The notes: generated by a model not told the origin, from the sequence alone. A stretch of 64,000 nt of DNA from an uncultured delta proteobacterium (GCA_963790475.1 CAWBOS010000011.1:244602-308601); one strand, 5' to 3'; shown: positions 9,376-19,750, counted from the first letter of the stretch. Numbers and translations are program-made.

Positions 9376-12300
9376 ATGAAACTGTCTCGAAAATTGCCCG
9401 TCCTAATATTCATTTCCTTATCTTTCCTTCTCATCCTCGGCTACGTATCTTCCACAGCGGAAGATACAGAAATTTCCATCGAGGGAGATCCACGCAGCCT
9501 GGCCATCAATCCTACCACGAATCAGGCCTTGGTAGGCAGCGTTAAGCCTAATGAGATTTCGCTGGTGGATCTGGACACGGAACAGGTCATTTCCACTATC
9601 GGGGTCGGGAAAAAACCTTTGGGAGTGGCCGTGGATTTAAGCAGAAACCTCGCCCTGGTCGTCCAAAAACCCAGCCATACCTTGTCGATTGTCAGCTTGG
9701 ACACCCACCAAGTCCTGGCCAATATATCCGTTGGGAAGTCTCCCTCCAGTGTGGCTGTTTATGAAAGGGATAGCGGCCCCCATCTGGGCCTTACCGCCAA
9801 TTATAAGGATAATACGGTTTCGGTGGTCGATTTAAAACAGTTTATTGTCCTCCAAACGATCCCGGTGGGCCAGGGACCAAGGGATTTGGCCGTCGATTCC
9901 AATCTCGGTCTGGCCCTGGTGGTCAATGAAAAAGATGATACGGTATCGGGTATAGACCTGGGAAGCTTTCAGGTTACCTGGATGATTCCGTTGGGAAACA
10001 AGCCCCGGGCAGTCAGCATCAATTCGGAGACCCATCTGGCCGCCACAGCCAATACCAAAGGGAACTCTATTTCCATCATCAACCTGACTCAGTGGCAGAC
10101 CCAGACGATCCCAGTGGATAAAAACCCAGTGGACCTGACCATGAATCCCTTAGACAATACGGTCCTGGTGGCTTGTGATAAAACCCAAAGCCTTCTTCGG
10201 ATAGATTTGAATACCAACACGGCCCTTCAGGAGTATCCCTTGAACAAGAGAACTCGGGGGTTGGCCGTCAATCCCTTTACCAATATAGCCGCTGTGGTGG
10301 ATGGTCAAACAGACAGCCTGACCCTGATTCAGCTTCCCAATCCTGTGCCGGTAATTGATGCAATCAATCCCACGACTGTTGCCAGAGGCAGTCTTGGGAC
10401 CACGCTGACGATTCAGGGTTCGGGTTTTCTTAAGACCTCGTCCGTATCTGTCCACCCTTCTCCGGATTTATTGCCGGTCACCTTTATCGACAATCATCAT
10501 CTGAGCATCACAATTCCCCAGGGATTCCTGGCCAAAGCCGGGACCTGGCAGGTTGTCGTTGCCAATCCTATCCCGGAAGGGGGTGTTTCCAATTCCGCAG
10601 TCCTTACCGTAATAAATCCGGTCCCGGCCATAACCACCATTGATCCTGCTTCCACTCCGGCGGGTGGCCAAGGATTGACCCTCACGGTTTACGGCACCGG
10701 CTTCTTTCCGGACACAAGTGTTTCGGTCAATGGGGCAATCAGACCCAGCACCTATATCAGCGGAACAGAGCTTCAGGTAACCCTTGCATCAACGGATATA
10801 GCCTCTGGTGGCATCCTTTCGATCGCCGCCTCAAACTTGGCACCGGGTGGAGGGATATCGAACCCCATGTCCTTAACGGTCATGAACCCTGTACCGATTC
10901 TTTCTTCAATAGATCCGAATTCCATCAAGGCCGGCAGCCCTGGTTTTACCTTGAACTTGGCTGGCAGTAACTTTGTCACCGGCTCATCCATCCTGTTCAA
11001 CAACACATCGGTAACGGTCACCTATGTGGACAGCGCTCACCTTACGGCCTTCGTCCCGGCAACAGCCGTTGCCGCAAAAGGAACTTATCCGGTGGTGGTC
11101 ACCAATCCTGGACCGGGAGGAGGGGCTTCCGGGTCCATCGATTTTACCGTAACCCCTTCTTCCAACGTCACCCCTTTGCCGGAAGGGGCCTATGGGAAGC
11201 AGTATGAAGACCTCTTCCCTTCTGATGCCACTATTCCCGGCTATGACCCCAAACGATTCTCCTTGATCACCGGGCTGGTCAATGATGCCACCGATAATCC
11301 ATTGTCCAATGTGGTAGTAGGCATCCACAGCCATCCGGAATATGGAACGGCCCAGACCGATCCTGCGGGTAGGTTTTCCATCCCCTTGGACGGAGGGGGA
11401 ACCGTCATAATGACCTATCAGAAAGCAGGATATCTTCCTGTCCACCGCCAGGTCAATATCGGCTGGAATACCATTGCCAATACCGAGACGATTATCATGA
11501 TCCCTGAGGATGCCGCATCAACGGCTATCAGCTTTGATGGTAATGCCTCAACCATTCTGACCCACCGAAGCACTCCGACCACCGATTCCTTCGGCACCCG
11601 GTCCCTGACCATGGTTTTCACCGGTGATAATCGGGCCTTGGTGAAAGATGACCAGGGCAATGAACAGCCCCTGACCAAAATCACCGTCCGGGCCACAGAA
11701 TATCCCACTCCGAAATCCATGCCGGCCAAGCTCCCGCCCACCTCGGCCTTTACCTACTGTGCTGAGCTGGCTGTAGATGGAGCCAAGAGCGTCAGGTTTG
11801 ATAAACCAGTAGTGGTTTATGTGGATAACTTTCTAGGCTTCAATGTTGGCGAAATCGTGCCTGTGGGTTACTATGATCGGAACCGGGCTGTCTGGGTGCC
11901 CCAGAATAACGGCAAGGTGGTCCGGCTTCTCGATACCAATGGAGATAGAGTAGTCGATGCTTATACGGATGGGATTAATCAATATCCTGCCCCGGGCCTG
12001 ACCGATCCGACTCAATACCCGCCCAATGCCACCTTTTGGCGGGTGGAACATACCCATTTTACCCCCTGGGATTATAACTGGCCATATGGTTTCCCATTAG
12101 ATGCCATTTCCCCGAATCCGGAATATCCCCCTATTACTGATGGTCAATGCGCAAACGATGATAATTCTTGTATCAGCTCCTATGTAGAGAACAGAAGTCG
12201 AATCTTCCATGAAGATATCCCGATACCCGGCACGAACATGACCCTCCATTATGCGAGCAATCGGACCAAAGGACATAAATCAGTTATTACAATTCCGGCG

Positions 12301-15300
12301 AGCGGTTCGAGTGTACCGGCGACCCTGTTACGGATCATAGTCCGTATGACGGTTGCCGGCCGGACCTTTGAGACCTCGCTTTCTCCACAGCCGAATCAGA
12401 GAGGGGAATTTATTTGGGATGGCTTCGATTATTTGAACAAACCGGTTTTTGGTTCGACCATTGCCAATATCAGTATCGGGTTTGTCTACCCGACAATATA
12501 TTATTCTTCCCCAAGCAGTTTTGAACAATCATTTGGTCAAGTAGGTACTTTCATAACCGGATTCCCTGTTGCCCGTCAGGAAATGACATCCTGGAAGCAG
12601 AGCGCGGTAATAATCTATCAGGGGAACACCGAAGAAATTGCAGAAGGCTGGACGCTCTCATCTCATCATTACTTTCAACCCGCTGATCCTTATACCCTGT
12701 ATAAAGGAGACGGGACAACTCTTAAAAATAATGCCAAGGTTATCACCACCATTGCCGGTAATGGTCAGGCGGGTTTTAGTGGAGACGGAGGCCCTGCTAT
12801 TCAGGCAAATCTTTACGCCCCGGGAGGGGTAGTATTGGATGGGGTGGGGAATATTTATATAGCAGATAGTTGGAATGACCGGATAAGAAAGGTGGATTAC
12901 AACGGAATTATTACTACCGTTGCCGGTAATGGTCAGCGGGGGTACAGTGGAGACGGAGGACCTGCTACTCAGGCAAGCCTTTTCGAGCCCAGTTATGTAA
13001 CAGTAGATAATGCTGGAAATCTCTATATCGCAGACTTAGCCAACCATCGTATAAGAAAGGTAGATACAAATGGGATTATTACCACCATCGCCGGGAATGG
13101 TCAGGGGGGTCAGTATGTGCAGTTTTCTGGAGATGGAGGTCCGGCGACCCAGACGCCTCTTGGCTATATAAATGGAATAGCAGTAGATAATGCCGGGAAT
13201 CTTTACATTGCAGATGGTTGGTATAACCGTATACGGAAGGTAGATGTAAATGGAATTGTCACCACTATTGTCGGCAATGGCCAGTATGGCTACAGCGGGG
13301 ACGGAGGTCCTGCCACGATGGCACAACTTGGTGGGCCTAATGGCGTAGCAGTAGATAATGAAGGAAATCTTTTTATAGTGGATGGATACAATACGAATCG
13401 GATAAGGAAGGTGGATGCAAGCGGAATTATTACTACTATTGCCGGGAATGGGCAGGCGGGTTACAGTGGAGATGGGGGACCCGCTATCCAGGCCAGTCTC
13501 AGTGGGGCAAGTGGTATAGCAGTGGACAATTCAAAGAACATTTATATAGGAGATAGTTGGGGCAACCGCATAAGAAAGATCGATACTAACGGGATTATTA
13601 CCACCTTTGCCGGCAATGGGCAGGCAGGCTTTAGTGGAGACGGAGGTCTGGCTATTCAGGCAAATCTTCTCGGGGCAAATTACATAGCAGTCGATAGTGC
13701 AGGTGCTGTATATATAGGAGATACTGGAAATCAACGGATACGAAAGGTTTCCTATCCGGAAGCATTCAGTTCCGTCGTCAATGCCGGCGACACCGCCTTC
13801 TCCGATGAAAATGGCCAAGGTTATATCATGTATAGCACTGGTCTCCATAAATCCACTATCGACCTGGAAACAGGAAAGACCCTGCTGACCTTCGGCTATG
13901 ACTCGGAAAACAGGCTTATTTCTATTACCGACCGATTCGGCAACCAGACCACGATTCAGAGGGATGGAAACGGGGTGCCCTTGTCGCTCGCTTCACCGGA
14001 TGGGATTATTACTCGTTTGACTGTTAACAGCAGCAACCATCTTACCGCCGTCACCTACCCGGATAATTCCGCCAATACCTTTACCTACACCTCAGACGGC
14101 CTCTTGACCGATAAATACGATCCCAAGGGAAACCATTTTGTCCATCAATTCGATACCAACGGGAGGATCTCCAACGTCTTCGATCCGGAAGGCGGATCCT
14201 GGAGTTTTTCAAGAAGTGTGGATAATTCCGCGACGGTCACAGCTACCACGCAGACCGCCGAAGGGAACACCACCACCTATCAGGACCGGACCGATTCTAC
14301 CGGGGCTTATACTTCGATCACCACCAGCCCCTTTGGTTCGGTGAGCACTTTTACCCGTTCCGCCGATGGTCTGACCGAAACCGAACAGCCGGCCTGTGGT
14401 CTAAACCAGACTATGAAATACGATCTCGATCCGGCCTTCAAATATAAATATCTCAAGGAATTCGCCCAGCGCTCACCCGCCGGGCTCACCCTGCTAACCG
14501 CCGACACCAGGAATTATCAAGACACCAATGCCGATAGTGTGCCTGATTTGATAACCAAAACCCTCGGTATAAACGGCAGGAACTGGACATTGATCAACAA
14601 CACCCATACCGGTATCCTGACCAGCACCTCGCCCTTGGGGAGGACCATAACCCGGAACTACAATCCTTTGAATCTGCTTACGCAGAACATGACAGTGACC
14701 GGTCTTCTCCCCTTAACTTTGGGATATGACACCAGAGGAAGGCTGACCACCACCACAACCGGAAGCAGGGCATCGACGATCACCTATGACAATCGGGGCA
14801 ATATCGAAAGCCTGGCCACCCCGGATGGGAAGACATTCCATTATACTTATGATTCAATGGGCAGATTGAAAAACCAGACCCTGCCTGACACTACGATGAT
14901 AAGTTATGATTACGACTCAAACGGCAACATGACCGTGCTGACCAATCCCCGAACCATCAGTCATGGCTTCGAATACACCGGCGTCAACCTGCGCAGGACC
15001 ATGACCACGCCCTTGTCCGGGAATTATCAGTACACCTATGACAAGGAACGAAATCTGAAGTCAATCCTCTTCCCTTCCGGTAGACAAATCAAAAATACTT
15101 ATCTGAATGGTCTTCTATCAGCAACGACCACCCCGGAAGGAGTGACCAGCTATACATATACCTGTGGCACAAACCTTCAGGATGCGACCAGAGACACAGA
15201 GAAGGTAGCCTATACCTATGATGGCTCTTTGTTGAAAACCGATACGCGGACAGGATTGCTTAATCAGATCATCGAATATGGTTATGACAACGATTTCCGT

Positions 15301-16665
15301 CTTATCTCTTTAAACTATGCCGGCGCATCTCAGATCTTAACTTATGATAATGATGGTCTGTTAATCGGAGCCGGGTCATTCACCATCACCCGCAACGCCC
15401 TGAATGGATTAGCAGGAACTGTATCTGGCGGTACCCTGACCAATACCCGGACCTTCAGTGGTTATGGAGAGCTGGATGGCTCTGTATACCTGGTAGGAGG
15501 GATGAGCAAGTACAGCTATTCTTTGACCCGCGACCTGGCCGGCAGGATTACACAAAAGATTGAGAACGTTGATGGGATAACCGATACCTACGATTATTCT
15601 TACGATACCAACGGCAGGCTGAACGAAGTCAAAAAGAATAACATGGTCGTGGAATCCTATACCTATGATCCCAATGGCAATCGCCTCACTGAAATAAACA
15701 CTCTCCGTGGTATTAACCGTCCCTATACTTTTTCGGATGAAGACCATATAATCAATGCAGGAGGTGAACCCTATCAGTTCGATGTTGATGGATTTATGAC
15801 CCAGAAGACGACCGCCGCCGGGAGCTTGGGAACTTCCTTTTCGTCAAGAGGCGAACTCCTCTCTGCTGCTTTACCTTCCGGTACCGTCATCACTTACGAC
15901 CACGACCCCATGGGCCGGAGAATAGCCAAAAGGGTGAACGGATCTATAATCGAGAAATATTTATGGAAAGACGCCATCACTTTATTGGCCGTCTATGATT
16001 CCTCCAACAGCCTGATAATACGTTTCAACTATGCCTATGGACGACTGCCGGTATCGATGACTTACAATGGCATCACCTATTACCTCGCCTATGACCAGAT
16101 CGGATCTCTTAAAGCGGCTATCGATACCTCAGGTAACGTCGTTAAAAAGATTGACTACGATTCCTTCGGCAGTATAATTTCAGACACGAATCCATCAATG
16201 AGCATTCCATTTGCATTCGCCGGAGGCCTTCATGACCGCGATACTAATCTCGTACGCTTCGGCGCCCGCGACTATGATCCTTCTATTGGCCGCTGGACCG
16301 CCAAAGACCCGATTGATTTTGGGGGAGGGGATACAAATCTGTATGGGTATGTGATGAATGATCCGGTGAATATGAATGACCCCTTTGGCTTATATTGTGG
16401 AAGCGGTATTTCTGAGTATTTTGTCCCAGATTCATGGTGGGGACAGTATAGTTTTAGTAATGCATGCAAAAAACATGATGATTGTTATGATACTTGTGGA
16501 AAAAAGAAACAAGAATGTGATAATAATTTTCTAAGAGACATGCGCCAAGAATGTTCTAAACTGGGAGGATACTGGCGGCAAGATTGCTCCGCTACATCAT
16601 ACATATACTATCAAGCAGTCGATAAGCTTGGTGGCCCAGCTTATAAATCTTCGCAAAACAAATAA
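9376..16665 (+). CDS. Secreted teneurin-like YD/RHS-repeat protein (YVTN propeller, 3x IPT/TIG, NHL propeller, YD shell, RHS core, PLA2-like C-terminal toxin)
   Basis: ATG at 9376 with GAGG RBS and signal peptide (the ORF track starts at 9259); NPVP..(S/T)I.P IPT repeats; ITTIAGNGQAGFSGDGGPA repeats; many YxYD repeats; core ARDYDPSIGRWTAKDPI...NDPVNMNDPFGL. Confidence 0.9.
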   Translation: MKLSRKLPVLIFISLSFLLILGYVSSTAEDTEISIEGDPRSLAINPTTNQALVGSVKPNEISLVDLDTEQVISTIGVGKKPLGVAVDLSRNLALVVQKPSHTLSIVSLDTHQVLANISVGKSPSSVAVYERDSGPHLGLTANYKDNTVSVVDLKQFIVLQTIPVGQGPRDLAVDSNLGLALVVNEKDDTVSGIDLGSFQVTWMIPLGNKPRAVSINSETHLAATANTKGNSISIINLTQWQTQTIPVDKNPVDLTMNPLDNTVLVACDKTQSLLRIDLNTNTALQEYPLNKRTRGLAVNPFTNIAAVVDGQTDSLTLIQLPNPVPVIDAINPTTVARGSLGTTLTIQGSGFLKTSSVSVHPSPDLLPVTFIDNHHLSITIPQGFLAKAGTWQVVVANPIPEGGVSNSAVLTVINPVPAITTIDPASTPAGGQGLTLTVYGTGFFPDTSVSVNGAIRPSTYISGTELQVTLASTDIASGGILSIAASNLAPGGGISNPMSLTVMNPVPILSSIDPNSIKAGSPGFTLNLAGSNFVTGSSILFNNTSVTVTYVDSAHLTAFVPATAVAAKGTYPVVVTNPGPGGGASGSIDFTVTPSSNVTPLPEGAYGKQYEDLFPSDATIPGYDPKRFSLITGLVNDATDNPLSNVVVGIHSHPEYGTAQTDPAGRFSIPLDGGGTVIMTYQKAGYLPVHRQVNIGWNTIANTETIIMIPEDAASTAISFDGNASTILTHRSTPTTDSFGTRSLTMVFTGDNRALVKDDQGNEQPLTKITVRATEYPTPKSMPAKLPPTSAFTYCAELAVDGAKSVRFDKPVVVYVDNFLGFNVGEIVPVGYYDRNRAVWVPQNNGKVVRLLDTNGDRVVDAYTDGINQYPAPGLTDPTQYPPNATFWRVEHTHFTPWDYNWPYGFPLDAISPNPEYPPITDGQCANDDNSCISSYVENRSRIFHEDIPIPGTNMTLHYASNRTKGHKSVITIPASGSSVPATLLRIIVRMTVAGRTFETSLSPQPNQRGEFIWDGFDYLNKPVFGSTIANISIGFVYPTIYYSSPSSFEQSFGQVGTFITGFPVARQEMTSWKQSAVIIYQGNTEEIAEGWTLSSHHYFQPADPYTLYKGDGTTLKNNAKVITTIAGNGQAGFSGDGGPAIQANLYAPGGVVLDGVGNIYIADSWNDRIRKVDYNGIITTVAGNGQRGYSGDGGPATQASLFEPSYVTVDNAGNLYIADLANHRIRKVDTNGIITTIAGNGQGGQYVQFSGDGGPATQTPLGYINGIAVDNAGNLYIADGWYNRIRKVDVNGIVTTIVGNGQYGYSGDGGPATMAQLGGPNGVAVDNEGNLFIVDGYNTNRIRKVDASGIITTIAGNGQAGYSGDGGPAIQASLSGASGIAVDNSKNIYIGDSWGNRIRKIDTNGIITTFAGNGQAGFSGDGGLAIQANLLGANYIAVDSAGAVYIGDTGNQRIRKVSYPEAFSSVVNAGDTAFSDENGQGYIMYSTGLHKSTIDLETGKTLLTFGYDSENRLISITDRFGNQTTIQRDGNGVPLSLASPDGIITRLTVNSSNHLTAVTYPDNSANTFTYTSDGLLTDKYDPKGNHFVHQFDTNGRISNVFDPEGGSWSFSRSVDNSATVTATTQTAEGNTTTYQDRTDSTGAYTSITTSPFGSVSTFTRSADGLTETEQPACGLNQTMKYDLDPAFKYKYLKEFAQRSPAGLTLLTADTRNYQDTNADSVPDLITKTLGINGRNWTLINNTHTGILTSTSPLGRTITRNYNPLNLLTQNMTVTGLLPLTLGYDTRGRLTTTTTGSRASTITYDNRGNIESLATPDGKTFHYTYDSMGRLKNQTLPDTTMISYDYDSNGNMTVLTNPRTISHGFEYTGVNLRRTMTTPLSGNYQYTYDKERNLKSILFPSGRQIKNTYLNGLLSATTTPEGVTSYTYTCGTNLQDATRDTEKVAYTYDGSLLKTDTRTGLLNQIIEYGYDNDFRLISLNYAGASQILTYDNDGLLIGAGSFTITRNALNGLAGTVSGGTLTNTRTFSGYGELDGSVYLVGGMSKYSYSLTRDLAGRITQKIENVDGITDTYDYSYDTNGRLNEVKKNNMVVESYTYDPNGNRLTEINTLRGINRPYTFSDEDHIINAGGEPYQFDVDGFMTQKTTAAGSLGTSFSSRGELLSAALPSGTVITYDHDPMGRRIAKRVNGSIIEKYLWKDAITLLAVYDSSNSLIIRFNYAYGRLPVSMTYNGITYYLAYDQIGSLKAAIDTSGNVVKKIDYDSFGSIISDTNPSMSIPFAFAGGLHDRDTNLVRFGARDYDPSIGRWTAKDPIDFGGGDTNLYGYVMNDPVNMNDPFGLYCGSGISEYFVPDSWWGQYSFSNACKKHDDCYDTCGKKKQECDNNFLRDMRQECSKLGGYWRQDCSATSYIYYQAVDKLGGPAYKSSQNK
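12740..13750 (+). repeat. Six ~170-bp intragenic NHL-type tandem repeats
   Basis: ITT(I/V/F)AGNGQ.G(F/Y)SGDGG.A.QA.L repeated six times in the RHS protein. Confidence 0.9.
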
Positions 16666-16774
16666 TCTAAAATGCGAAAAATTTCGCAAAATTTGAGTAT
16701 ATACAATAAAAAAACATTTTATTAAGTTATTGTTATTTAAAAAAATAAATATTGATTGTAAGTTTGAGGACAAT

Positions 16775-17056
16775 ATGAAAGGGTTTATTGGTTTTATAGT
16801 TTTTATTTTTTTAGATATTATTTTTTGTGTTGCTATTAGCATAAAAAGAAAGAAAATTTCACAAAAAATTGATTTTGTGGCCATTTTTTTATCGGCAATT
16901 GCAACTACTATTTTATTTCATATCATCGCTGTGATCGAAGATTTTAAGAGCAGCCAATGGGTTATGATTTCGATTCCAGTAGCTTTCATCTTTGGCTTAC
17001 TTATCTCAAGCTTAACATCTATTATCTATCAAGGCTTTTTGCAGAAAACAAAATAA
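16775..17056 (+). CDS. Small AT-rich membrane protein, candidate immunity protein
   Basis: GAGGA RBS + ATG at 16775; about three hydrophobic helices; follows the toxin tip and shares its low GC. Confidence 0.65.
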   Translation: MKGFIGFIVFIFLDIIFCVAISIKRKKISQKIDFVAIFLSAIATTILFHIIAVIEDFKSSQWVMISIPVAFIFGLLISSLTSIIYQGFLQKTK

Positions 17057-17130
17057 GAATCCAAGGATCGAAGGAGTATACTACTTATTTCCCTTGCTAT
17101 GGCGGTTTTTTATTAATAGTAAAGTCTAAA

Positions 17131-17390
17131 GGGGTCACCCATCAAAAGGCCACCGTCGTGAGAAAAAGGTCGTCCGTATGGAAGAAAGTAAAGGAGGCAA
17201 GTCTCCGTTTGACTTATTAAACCGACACCGGCACTAAAGGAATATGAGCAGGTCAATGAGCATAGAATATGAGGGAGCCTGATATCATGCGATGAACCGG
17301 GGGAGGAGATCGGATCGGATTTTTAAAGACCGGATCGATTATCGGTCGTTCATCGACTTGATGGAGGATATAACCCGGTTTTGGGGTGCC
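17131..17390 (+). repeat. Mosaic repeat copy: module A (17131-17187) + RAYT transposase 5' remnant (module D)
   Basis: ATG at 17244 gives MSRSMSIEYEGA*YHAMNRGRRSDRIFKDRIDYRSFIDLMED, matching the RAYT N-terminus MSRPLRIEY.GAWYHVMNRG; copies at 22225 and 27317. Confidence 0.8.
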
Positions 17391-17466
17391 ATAATTCATA
17401 AGGGTTTTGTTTTCTTGGAGCAATAACCATGAAGGGTTAAAAAAAGTTGAAAGGCAGGGGCAGGAA

Positions 17467-17907
17467 TTAAAGAGTCTCGATAGCGGGATAGGTCTCAAGA
17501 ACCGTTGACCAAATTAATTCGGCGATAAGTAGATTAATTCCATTATTTCCTGAGAAACCCCAGATGCCACAATGCGAGTCATCGGACTCTGTAGGTTCAT
17601 GGGTCACTCTCAAATGATAGCCTCCTTGGCTCCCTTCCTCAACATTCATACACATATCCCCCACATTTAATATTGCAATCAGATCTTTCTTTTTTAAATT
17701 GAACGGTATAGCGGCATATCGAATTCGAAGTTCGGCAATCTCTAATAGTCGATCCGGACAACTAAGAAATTCAAGCCAATTGACTGAGAGGTGATTATCT
17801 GTATTACGGGGCAAAAAGGCTACACCAAGGATCTGGCCATCTTCTACTCCCTTGCCATAGCAAAGGCGAGCAATATGGTCAGTAGGGGGGACTTTATCGC
17901 CCTTCAC
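17467..17907 (-). CDS. Hypothetical protein, possible ADP-ribosyltransferase/RES-like fold
   Basis: HIARL...AF.PR...HLSVNW...EP....SHCGI pattern; start overlaps the upstream stop. Confidence 0.6.
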   Translation of the reverse strand: MKGDKVPPTDHIARLCYGKGVEDGQILGVAFLPRNTDNHLSVNWLEFLSCPDRLLEIAELRIRYAAIPFNLKKKDLIAILNVGDMCMNVEEGSQGGYHLRVTHEPTESDDSHCGIWGFSGNNGINLLIAELIWSTVLETYPAIETL

Positions 17908-18640
17908 GCCCAGCCCATTTTAGTACTCCCCATGGCTTGACCTTCTCTAAGAGGGTATCGGGGTTGACTGTGCCAGATATACAAATTTTTTTCTCTATCC
18001 GAGGAGAGGGAGAGGGGGCAATAATCGCGAAGTGAGCGAACCCTGAAGCCAAAAAATGAATGCTGAAGACCGATGCCTGGCTTTCTTTCCATGAGGCATA
18101 AATCTCATTAGTAGGTGTTAACCCAATTGCTGGCTTCTTAAGGTAATAGCTATGCATCTGTAAAAAACTATAGAAATTTAGCAAAGACTTTAAAGAAATT
18201 CCGTTACTTACTGGGTCTTCTTCCTTTACATCTTCTAACAACTCAAAAAGTCGCTGAGCAACAACCTCTCGTTCCGGAATTGATTTAGTATCTCTAATAT
18301 TCCTGATTATGTCTGACACCTGGTTTTCATTGCTTTCTTGTGTACTCAATTCTGTGGTAGGGTTTTCAACTCTTGAATAAAATTGCCATCTTGGCGCTTC
18401 TGCTGTTTCTTGGACAGTTGGAGTAGAACTTTCAATCCTAAGGTTTTTGGGAAGTGTCGTTTTAAGGAATATACTTGTCGCATCGGCAGAATACAAGAGT
18501 GAGGGGGAGTTTAATTCTTGAACAGTCCCAAATTGACCATTTGATATAGGCTCCGTCCAACTTCCCACAGCTTTCAAACTAAATATGGCTGCTGGATTTT
18601 CAAATTTTTTTTCTGACTGGTTGACCCCATACTTATACAT
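17894..18640 (-). CDS. Hypothetical protein (low-complexity N-half, folded C-half with KPAIGLTPTNEIYASW)
   Basis: ATG at 18640 overlaps the TIGR04255 stop (ATGTATAA); long ORF inside a coupled operon. Confidence 0.7.
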   Translation of the reverse strand: MYKYGVNQSEKKFENPAAIFSLKAVGSWTEPISNGQFGTVQELNSPSLLYSADATSIFLKTTLPKNLRIESSTPTVQETAEAPRWQFYSRVENPTTELSTQESNENQVSDIIRNIRDTKSIPEREVVAQRLFELLEDVKEEDPVSNGISLKSLLNFYSFLQMHSYYLKKPAIGLTPTNEIYASWKESQASVFSIHFLASGFAHFAIIAPSPSPRIEKKICISGTVNPDTLLEKVKPWGVLKWAGREGR

Positions 18641-19451
18641 GTTCTCGTTCCCATTCTTCCTGTTGAATCGTATCGGTTGTGATATCAGCAAAACCGGATA
18701 CTATCCATTCATGTGCTGTATCAAACCAGTCACGTATTCCAGTCCGGTCTTTAGTCGTACCAATCCCCCTTGCCGTGAAATCTAAAACAAAGATAGGGAC
18801 GTTGCCTTCAATAAGTTTAGCTTGTTTGATTGTTGCAACAAGCTCCCCTTTCTTTGCTGGAAGTGCAAATTTTAGGTTCCAAGAGATATCGATAGGGTTA
18901 GACAAAAAACGTGGAGGCTGATTCCAAAAGAAGTCTCTAAAAATTCTTTGTAACTCCTCTACTGTCTCGCGCTCAGCTTTTTTGGGGATATGATTGATGT
19001 AGGTAAGCTCACACTCAATTGGGGTAAACTCCCCAAGTTGGAATTCCTCAAAAAAAGCCTGTAGCGTTCCGAGAACCTCTTCGAATCTTAAAATAACATA
19101 TTCGTATCGAGGATAGATATCATCACGTTGACGCCAGTTGAAATAGATGCGGTCAGGTTGGAATTGAACAAGTTGATTCCCCGGCTGATTAATAAACCAT
19201 ACTCTGGGAAGGGGGGCTCCAGTAACCTTATCTAATAAAAGCTCACCATGAACTGAGACTAAGGGAGCTGCGTGCTGAACTTGCGGATATTCTCCTCTAA
19301 ATTTATCCCAAAGAAGACCAATATGGGGTAAAGTAAAATTTTGAGAAGGATTAAATCGAATTCCACATACCACTTCCGTGACAGGGGGGCGCTTATAGCT
19401 AGGGAGCTTTCTATTAAAAGGAGATACCAACTTGTTATCTCGTGGATTCAT
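18633..19451 (-). CDS. TIGR04255-family protein
   Basis: LPSYKRPPVTEVVCGIRF, RVWF, LVQFQPDRIYFNWR, YPRY, ELTYINHI and WFDTAHEWI...F.DIT motifs. Confidence 0.85.
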   Translation of the reverse strand: MNPRDNKLVSPFNRKLPSYKRPPVTEVVCGIRFNPSQNFTLPHIGLLWDKFRGEYPQVQHAAPLVSVHGELLLDKVTGAPLPRVWFINQPGNQLVQFQPDRIYFNWRQRDDIYPRYEYVILRFEEVLGTLQAFFEEFQLGEFTPIECELTYINHIPKKAERETVEELQRIFRDFFWNQPPRFLSNPIDISWNLKFALPAKKGELVATIKQAKLIEGNVPIFVLDFTARGIGTTKDRTGIRDWFDTAHEWIVSGFADITTDTIQQEEWEREHV

Positions 19452-19630
19452 ATGCTAAAATTATAATTATGAAAGATCAGCATGTCAAATAAATTCGTTT
19501 AGTCGGTTAAACAGAGTTAGGCCATACGAAGTCTTTGATCTCACATAGGATACGGAAAATCTGCCGCTTGTGAGGGCATAGGTCGGGCCAAGTTAATGGA
19601 TGAAATTGTGACTAATTTATTGTAGTCATA

Positions 19631-19750
19631 GGGCCACCCATTAAAAGGCGACGGTCAAGATGAAAAGGGTCCCCGTATGCAAGAAAGAACATTTTTCTTG
19701 CAGTGCAAGGACTGTTAGAGCTGCCCCAGGTTTCCAACGTTTTCACTCTT
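19631..19750 (+). repeat. Mosaic repeat module A copy
   Basis: gggccacccattaaaagg...ccgtatgcaagaa...ttttcttgcagtgca...ctgccc..g.tttccaacgt shared with 30468-30588 and partly with 17131-17187. Confidence 0.75.

Noticed and set aside
12740-13750. CRISPR array or DGR template/variable repeat pair
   Set aside because: The repeats are in-frame NHL coding units with ordinary divergence. No unique spacers, cas genes or reverse transcriptase are present.
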